This document shows, piece by piece, positions 12,601-20,000 of a DNA stretch of 20,000 bases. This DNA comes from Catajapyx aquilonaris. Taxonomy: Eukaryota. Within the stretch, counting starts at the first letter, position 1. Each line of letters opens with the position of its first letter. A program made the position numbers and the translations under genes. The stretch lies in assembly GCA_000934665.2 (NCBI GenBank), contig JYFJ02000088.1:178387-198386 (forward strand), given 5' to 3'. Below the pieces are notes generated by a model. The model was not told where the DNA came from, searched no databases, and saw only the letters and a program-made list of their open reading frames with translations.

Positions 12601-13642
12601 CACTAAAGTGGTTACTTATCAGCTTCTACTTTCAGAGCATGCCGACTGGTGGAGCCAAAATATTTTCAGTTCTTCTTCATGCACATACAGCAGCTATAGC
12701 TATCAGACTTCGTCACATCAGGAAGGGCAAGGAGCTACCACTCCTAGCCCAGGACCGTCACTACGATTTCAACTACCAACAAGCACGAGTTCTTCCTCAG
12801 GAAGTTAGGATTCTACCTGGAGACGAATTTATTGTCGAATGTGATTACCACACAGGCAGAAGAGAAAGACCTACCTACGTAAGTAGTGACAACAATGGTC
12901 TCCTGCCGAAACTTACATATGCTGTTACAGGGTGGAGCAACCACAAGGGAGGAAATGTGTCAAGCATTTGTCACCTACTACCCCAGGATACCTCTATCCA
13001 GATGTTTCAGTTCTCCTTCGCTTGAAACCTTCTTCAATGGTTTGAAAATCGAAGCTCTGGATGACTTTGACTTCCACTTGCCTCATAGAACTGATGACAT
13101 TTTCCAGCACAGGTAAGCTCGGTATATATGCGGACAAAGGGCATATTTAACGTGTTGAAATGTTTCAGCTATGATGTGAGCCAAAAGAAGAAGCACAGGG
13201 TGGCCAGAAGCACCATTATCAACATGGATCCGCATGACCTTTGGGGAGCACTGACCATCAAGGAGCCAAGGCACCTCAACAACATGTCAGTGCTGCAGTA
13301 CTTCCGTCACAAGAAGTGGCACAACAGGCAGGACATGAGCACACTGGAGGAATTCTGGAAGAAGGGAAAGTACGAGGTGTGGTGCACAGCTCATGGCATG
13401 AGCTCAATACCTCTCGATGTAAGTACTTGCACTAACAGTCCGTGGTGTACATAACAATAATTGTTGCGAATTAATTTCAGAATGAGCTTCACCAGTACCC
13501 TGACTTCATACCTCTTCCACCTCCGGTCAAGTCATCTAAATGCCACTTCCACGAAGGTAGCTTCAGAGGAAAGGGTGTTAGCCACAACGGATCGCTATTG
13601 GCTATAACTCTTGGCGTATTGCTAGCCGCGTTGATTAAGTGA
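9674..13642 (+). CDS. MOXD1: DBH-like copper type II monooxygenase (MOXD1-like); 11 exons, about 663 aa
   Basis: Exons: 9674-9949, 11316-11462, 11532-11711, 11772-11858, 11921-12116, 12183-12287, 12414-12577, 12636-12878, 12931-13112, 13169-13418, 13481-13642. All introns are GT-AG and phases match; total 1992 nt, ending in TGA. Signal peptide, DOMON domain (GYVGLGF..GGM..ADIVIGW; D..QDY; RKWDTCD), YWC, CuH ligands VHH and ELHY, CuM ligands LHAH and EEMC, YDFNYQ, hydrophobic C-terminus (LLAITLGVLLAALIK). The family is secure; exact orthology is not. Confidence 0.93.
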
Positions 13643-15599
13643 AGATAATCAGGATATAATTATGGTATAATTCGATTATTATAAAAATTGTAAATAGAAA
13701 ATGGATATTTAAAATATTGAAAGAAACCGATGAAAAGAGTTTTGCTACTGGCCGAGATAACAGCATATTAGTTTATTGACATGCTATTATTAAATGAAAT
13801 TTAAAAAAAAGTTGGAGAAACATGGCCAAAATGTTAGCCTACACTTGAAACAATTTCTCTGCCAAAGTCCGCAAATATTTTTCTTTATATCTTTTTTAAA
13901 AAGTTTTTCCATTTTATTTAACGCCTGTAATTACGTAATGATTTTGGTATCACGGCCGTTGTATAAATTTACTGCAAATATTTTAAAATAGGGCTAGATC
14001 AACTGGATGCAAGTGCTTGTTGGGAAGTGATTTTGTGTATAGCTGTAATATTTTTTGGTGTGAATGTTTCGTCGATATTAGCTGTTTTACCTCATAGCTG
14101 CTTAACAGAGAAGAGAAATAAATTATTGTTTGTTACCGTAATTATTTTCATTTTTATGACCCTGCGCTTAATAATATTCTCAAATTAATACATCGGCACC
14201 AGAAAAGCGCTATATTTTTTTACCATTGCTACTATCGCTCTCGCTCTTCGTTGCCGGTGCCACGCAACTGCTACATTTGACCAAGGCATAATAAACCTAC
14301 AGGAGGTGGGCGCAAACTAAACCATCTAAAAACACATTGTCGCAATATTGATGTTGCCTCCCATGCTTGGTCCGGAGTTCGCGGTCCTTATGAGACACAT
14401 GTATGCTAAAAGTTGGTATTAATATTTGCAAATTCAGCATCGGGGGGCGCCCCACCCCCCAATGAGAAAAAGCAGGGTGGGGCCATTGGTGGTCCAAAAG
14501 GCAACCAAGGGGGCGAAGAGGAACGTCGCGGAAAATTCTGGGATCTCGATCGACAGGGAAGCAGAAGTTGGCTGGAGGTGACTTCCCGCATTCCAGAGCA
14601 AATTAGGCTCAAATTGTATATGCAAATTAGCGTGGGTGTTTAAAAATGGTGGTGTTTAACTGAGTGGTGTTAACACTGTTGGATGTGCACAGGGAAGTTG
14701 GGTTCTAAGGAGGTGCGATGCAGGGTTGTGCTTCCCTGATGGATTTTCCCGCAACGACGTTCTTCGAGGGAGGAGGAATGTCGCCTCTCATCAAGCCTCT
14801 CTCTATATTGTGTCTACCAGCAGTACAAGGGTCTTCAAACACAACAATTTTGTATTTGGTTTCATTACAAAATATTCGACATCTTTTTGAACTACCGGTA
14901 TATATTGCGTTATAAGCTCATTATACATGATTGTATAAAACGAGCAATGTTGGCTTGAGAAAAAGGAATGACCATAAAATATGTCCCACTTCATTTTAAA
15001 AATTAATCGTATCAATTCTGAATTCAATATTACTAGAGTACAAATTTTGATATAATAATTATATCAAAATTTCATAATTATTATGAATGTCTGCAGTAGA
15101 CAGCACAACTGTTCAACTCAGCCCATCAGCCAACAATCGATACAACTTTAATGTCCCCCAAAGAGACAATTAGTGCTTTAAAAAGGTACCATTGCAATAT
15201 TCCTGGTGTTCAAAATTTGAATGGATCCAAGAAACGAACACTATTGCATTAATTATGAAATTACTATTTGCAAATACGCATTTTGAAGGGAATTAAATTT
15301 TTGTAAAATACCGGTATGGCAATATAGGACTGATTTTCTAAATGGCCAACAGCTTATCAAAATCTGTACCAACATGTAGCTAATCCCAGGTAAAAATGCA
15401 AATTTACCAACCGCCGCCATTATATGTCGGTGATCGTCTTTGGCGTAAAATGGCCCAAGGGTAGCACAAGGTCAAAGCATTTGGCAATTTAATCGCAATT
15501 TTCTAGTGGTTTTTCTTTTAATTCCCATTAGCCATTACATTGTGGACACTATAGGGATGACGTTTTTTTTGTTTTTTTTGTTTTTTGTTTTTGTTTTTT

Positions 15600-15960
15600 T
15601 GGCAGCATTTGCAGTACGACCGATCTTTGGTTTAAGCAAGAATATTTCCTGATCTAAGGGAGTCAAAGCAATGAATAATACTAGAATGTCTGTATCTTGA
15701 CTCACAATGGCACAGTAGGTCAGCATCCCCATATGACTGTCTAACCTCAATGTTAGCGTCCCGAAATTTATTGCTGATGAGCATAATGATCAACTGCTCC
15801 TTATTATGCATTCGTAAGAAATTTTTCTTGATTGGAGCAAATTGGAGTGGTCTGTGTTATGTGAAACTTGGGTATAAAATGTTTGTACCTGCGAAGCTGT
15901 TCACATCTCTTGATACTGTCAGGGTCATCGTACCCATCGAAAACCACTACTTGTGCTATC
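15600..15960 (-). pseudogene. Frameshifted fragment of a PIN/FEN1-XPG-like nuclease ORF, probably transposon-derived
   Basis: Joining three minus frames gives VVFDGYDDPDSIKRCEQLRR...QEKFLTN / NKEQLIIML...IEVRQSYGDADLL / AIVSQDTDILVLFIAL. The ordered motifs VVFDG, DAD and DTD resemble the acidic catalytic motifs of FEN1/XPG-type PIN nucleases. Two frameshifts, no introns. Confidence 0.7.
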
Positions 15961-16080
15961 TTCAACTGCATTAGCAGTGGGAGTAGTACTGGAGTAGTAC
16001 CACTAATAACCCAAGTTTCACAACATGTCTTCAATTCAGAGGTTTTTCACTCTAAATCCAAAATTCTTCAAATGCCACAT

Positions 16081-16330
16081 TTTTCAGGAAAATGTTTTGA
16101 ATGGCTCCTTGTTATACTGTACTAAAGATGAAACTAATATCTGCTGTCATATTAGCTGGATATTAGGTCAATTGTTGGAAAATATGAAATTCGATGTACA
16201 GTACATGCCTTCTGTTCTGGAATTTTTTTCTCGGAATAAAAAATTGGGCGGATTCCAAATCTTTCAGGAAAATGCCCGTAATGGCGTCCTGTTATACTGT
16301 ACTAAATATCAGAGTCGTATATGCTGTCAG
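16081..16330. repeat. Diverged direct repeat with 180-bp period
   Basis: TTTCAGGAAAATG...AATGGC...TGTTATACTGTACTAAA...TGCTGTCA occurs at about 16082-16149 and again at about 16262-16329. Confidence 0.75.
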
Positions 16331-17285
16331 ACTGTCCAGGTCAAAAGGTCAAAAATTTGACCTCTCAAATATTTTGCCTAATTATTTAAAATAAATGTTT
16401 TATTCCATGTTTTATGAATCCCCCAACCATTTGGAATCGAATGACACATGAACCACTGCGATAGAACCAATAGCTACTGAGATATGAAGCGAAATAGAGT
16501 GACGTTTTTTTCTATCTTCCATTTTTTCCCATTTTGACGTCACTCGTGACCCGTTGGTCCCAGGTGCCCGAAAAACGCGCATTACAATAGTGTAGTCGGC
16601 ATAATCTCGTGTACCAATTTTCAAAATGATCAAAAAATGTGGGACTTACTCTCCTCAGGAATATTGATGATGATGATTGAAGACTTTCACTTCTTTTGTG
16701 CACTAGTACCGTACTGCAAAATATGACAATCACAACCACAGGAAACACATCGTTCCTTTTGCACAAGACGAATGAGCCCACGAAATAAAAAAAAAGGCAA
16801 ACAATATTTTATCATCTATACCAATTTGACTACCGGTTGCCTTTATTTTTCTCCGTCTTCTAGGAAACCTGTTATGATTACATATGTGTGTCTATTTGGG
16901 GGAGTGTTTCGTAATGATTCAGGATAACTCGTAGGTGATTTTCAAGGACACGCGTCAAGGGATCATTATTATGTAGCCAGTCTCACAGGGTCTCCGTAGC
17001 CTTGTTACTGAGTTAATAACCATTACATAAAAACCATTACGCAGGCAACGATTCAACTTTTTCTCAAAGCTATATGTTGATATTCTTTGACATGTTGTAA
17101 ATTGTGTGACCCCTGATATGCTATTGTAAGGCGGTGTACATGCATTCCCTTGAATCTCGATAGCGAACAAACAAACCCACAAACTTCGCAAAATATAGAT
17201 ATAGGTGGTGCAAGTTGAAAACCAATAATAAATTTATATGTGCTATAACGCAAAGTGTAATTAGATACTGTCACAGGATTTTGCA

Positions 17286-18344
17286 TTAAATAAGGAGCTT
17301 TTTCCTGGAGCACCTTAGTGCAACAAAGGTAATGAACATGAACGTGAGTGTCCATCCAATGGTTGTAACAAACCCCAGCCAGACTTTCCAGTGCGTGATG
17401 CCCCATCCACGGAACAACAGGCTTTTGGTGGCCTCAGTGGCCCAAGTGGTAGGGGACAGCCAACAAAACCACTTCATGAACCTTAATGGCACACTCTCTA
17501 TGGGCCAAAATGTCCCACTGGTCACCATTACAGGAAATAACGTGCTCAGTACGATGAACATGATGTCTGTTATGTCCGGAGCCACTACTGACACCAACAC
17601 TCCGTACACTAGTCCCATCGTGCCTTGCATGAATACCAGAAGCACGATCAGGGGAAATGTGGACAATATGGACAGCTGCAGGTAGCCGTACATGGTCAGG
17701 ATCGAGACAAGTACCTGAACCACCATGGTTACATTCAAGACAATCATGTTGGCCGTCAACATCTCCCATATTGCAACCCCTATAAAGAAAAAAATACATG
17801 TTCCAGAAGAGATGAAATCAATGAGTGTGTATCATTTTAAGTTCACTCACCTGAAACGGCCGTACGTCTGGAAATGCCTCTTGAGCCATCATGTACTACG
17901 CTCCATGCACCAATCACAGAAGAGAAAGCAAGGTTCACGCTGAAATAGAAGCACATAGGTTATGTTAAAATCCCAATTAGTTATATTACTTTTCCTGGTT
18001 CCTGGTTCCATGTAAAGATGGTTAATAAGATGACAAGATGTGCAGATCAAGCAATTTACAGAATTTAGATTAACTACTTGAAAAATTAAAACAATGGCAT
18101 AATAGTGTTCCTAGTGATTTCTAGTGTAAACAATAGATAACAACAATTCCACTCCCATCACAGTCTGATTTCATATGATCTTCGCTATGCTGTATACACG
18201 TGAGAATTCTATAGCATTAATATTTTAATAACGGTACACGTGCTGCATGGCTTCTTTCAATGTGGCAACTTACTTGATCATAACGCCTACTGCCACGAAT
18301 TCTTGGAAGTAAGGGGCGTTGGAACCAAGTATAGCATCTCCGAA
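17286..18344 (-). CDS. ABC transporter subfamily H-like (ABC-2 type permease domain), last three exons, open reading frame
   Basis: Exons 18344-18274 (FGDAILGSNAPYFQEFVAVGVMI, absent from the ORF track), 17939-17851 (VNLAFSSVIGAWSVVHDGSRGISRRTAVS) and 17779-17286 (GVAIWEML...LFPVMVTSGTFWPIESVP...PTTWATEATKSLLFRGWGI...WLGFVTTIGW...TAA). GT-AG introns with matching phases. SG..WPIE and RGW motifs fit arthropod ABCH C-termini. The 5' part (NBD) is not in the window. Confidence 0.85.
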
Positions 18345-18400
18345 CTGGAAGCAAACATACGACATTATCGCCACATAATTATTGAGCTACGGCTAATGCT

Positions 18401-18514
18401 TTACAGGGTCAGGATTACAGGGTTATCCAGGATTAAGGTGTTCCAGGTTCCAGGATTAAGGTGATCCAGGATTAAGGGTTATCCAGGGTTATTACAGGAT
18501 TACAGGGTCAGGAT
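18401..18514. repeat. Mosaic short-repeat tract at the ABCH truncation point
   Basis: Bounded by a 15-bp direct repeat TTACAGGGTCAGGAT (18401-18415, 18500-18514). The interior is built from shuffled CAGGATTA, AGGGTTATC and TCCAGG pieces. Confidence 0.85.
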
Positions 18515-18945
18515 CATGGCAAGTGCCTGAATCATCGCTATTGCATTCTTGGAAATCATGTTGGAGCTCAGCATCTCCCATATTGCAATGCCTGGAAAGA
18601 AGGTAAGTCAAATGAAAGAATATTGCGGCAGACAGAATAAATATTGTTTCAATGGGCATGTCTTTATCGGAGATACTCCGTATAGTTCAGAGATTGAAAA
18701 GATGATTCAGTTTGGTCTAATCTTTGCAGCTAATACTTTGTAGAAGCAGTAACTATGCAAAAGTAATTGATAAAAATTTACAGCCCAGCGGCAACAAATA
18801 GCCATATAGGAATAGGAGTAGGATTTTTTCCCCTTTATAACTTTAGGTTTCCTCACCTGAAACGGCCACACGATTGGAAATGCCACTCGAACGTTCCATT
18901 ACTACACTCCATGCACCAATCACTGAAGACATTGCAAATATTATG
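18500..18945 (-). pseudogene. Second, truncated copy of the ABCH-like terminal exons
   Basis: 89-nt exon 18945-18857 (IIFAMSSVIGAWSVVMERSSGISNRVAVS) has 67/89 nt identity by hand count to exon 17939-17851. Exon 18591-18500 (GIAIWEMLSSNMISKNAIAMIQALAMILTL*) parallels the last exon but stops after about 30 codons, where the other copy reads ILTMY. Confidence 0.8.
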
Positions 18946-19456
18946 CTGAAATAAAGTGCACATATATTAAAAAGATCCCAGTCAATATGGTATACCGTAT
19001 TCTCCTTCAAGTCGTTCCCCTGCCTTGAAAACATGGATAATAATAATAATAGTAATAACAACGATGAACTGGAGGTGAAGGGCAAACAGTAACTAAACAT
19101 CAGAGTAAAAAAAAAGAGGGCAGATAATAATATATCACTAATATCACAGTATTCGGTGACTTTTGAATATGTCAGTGAAAAGTTTGGTTTCCTTAATGAC
19201 GGCAAAATTCGTTAATTTATTGCAAGTTCTCTTCACAATTTTCCGCGTGTTTCAGAATTTAGCTGACATATGAACTGGAAGACATCTCGCCGATGTAATT
19301 TTTAATGACCCCTGTGGTCTCGTCGGCAAGTGTACAGTACGTAAAAGTGCGAAATTTTTAAAGATTCATTTACCAAGGTTTCCCATTGCACACTTAATTA
19401 TACAGGGTGTAGGCCTATCTGAACTCAGTGCCCCGACGTATATGACTGCATTCCTA

Positions 19457-19689
19457 CACTGTAAACCGCAAAACATTAAATGAGCATCACTGGTGAGTCT
19501 CTCATGGAACATCAATTTTTAACGCTATTCTAATGCTCTACGAATGCTCTTGTGATGCTCCTGTGATGCTTTTTTGTTGCTAAAAAGCATCACAAGAGCA
19601 TTGGCAGAGCATTAGAAGAGGATCAAAAAATTGATGATCCATGCGAGACTCACCAGTGATGCTATTTTAATGTTTTGCGGTTTACAGTG
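19457..19689. mobile_element. Palindromic MITE, 233 bp, CACTG termini, TA flanks
   Basis: CACTGTAAACCGCAAAACATTAAA...TTTAATGTTTTGCGGTTTACAGTG. It is imperfectly self-complementary over nearly its whole length, with internal TGATGCT/AGCATCA repeats and TA at 19455-19456 and 19690-19691. The superfamily is uncertain (CACTG ends recall CACTA/EnSpm). Confidence 0.88.
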
Positions 19690-19716
19690 TAGCCACCAGA
19701 GGATCAACTTATGTAG

Positions 19717-19995
19717 AGGAGTCATTATGTCTGGGCAGCCTCATTACTGAGATACACTCTGTAGCGATTTTTGCCTAATCGCTCCTTCTGACTTTTAAAT
19801 ATAATTTTCTGGTGTAACTAGCCAAAGAGGCCTTACCACCTGTGGGCAACAAACCAACAAAGTCCGGCCACCAGACCTTCCAGAGCCTTCTGACTGGGGG
19901 AGGGTTCGATGGATGGCCTAACCGACAGGATATTTTGTACTACATGTTTGCGGCCAATTATCTCCGTAATGCGGCTGCCAGACATAATGACTCCT
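19717..19995. mobile_element. MITE-like element, about 279 bp, with about 37-bp terminal inverted repeats
   Basis: AGGAGTCATTATGTCTGGGCAGCCTCATTACTGAGATA (19717-19754) pairs with TATCTCCGTAATGCGGCTGCCAGACATAATGACTCCT (19959-19995), with 2 mismatches and 1 gap. The TSD is not clean. Confidence 0.8.
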
Positions 19996-20000
19996 ATAAT

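Noticed and set aside
17332..17840. Overlapping ORFs 17332-17685(+), 17434-17799(-) and 17625-17840(+)
   Set aside because: These are shadow frames of the ABCH last exon with no independent protein features.
18401..18514. CRISPR-like or telomeric array
   Set aside because: There is no constant repeat with unique spacers, no cas genes and no fixed period, and the context is eukaryotic.
18946..19205. Hydrophobic N-terminal part of ORF 18843-19205 as extra TM helices
   Set aside because: It lies upstream of a clear TTTCAG acceptor at 18946; the poly-Leu comes from a (TTA)n-like intronic tract.

Overview
AT-rich, intron-containing eukaryotic DNA, almost certainly arthropod (ABCH-type transporter, TTAGG repeat, tRNA-derived SINE, many 52-66 nt introns). 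There is no prokaryotic system here. Three protein-coding loci were reconstructed by hand from GT-AG boundaries and phase continuity. (1) A 15-exon colmedin/gliomedin-like gene on the minus strand (1196-5661, about 859 aa: TM, furin site, collagen, 2 Ig, olfactomedin). (2) A divergently transcribed 11-exon DBH-like copper monooxygenase (MOXD1-like) on the plus strand (9674-13642, about 663 aa). (3) The 3' end of an ABCH-like transporter locus on the minus strand, with its terminal exons present twice: one set open (17286-18344) and one truncated at a mosaic repeat scar (18500-18945). Non-coding DNA carries at least three MITE-like inverted-repeat elements, a SINE with a target-site duplication, an interstitial (TTAGG)n tract and a frameshifted PIN/FEN1-like nuclease relic. 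The most interesting signals are the fused or duplicated ABCH 3' ends with a templated-insertion scar, a 247-bp hairpin MITE inserted about 10 nt from a splice acceptor in an ancestrally 57-nt intron, and the PIN-like nuclease relic of an unclassified element.
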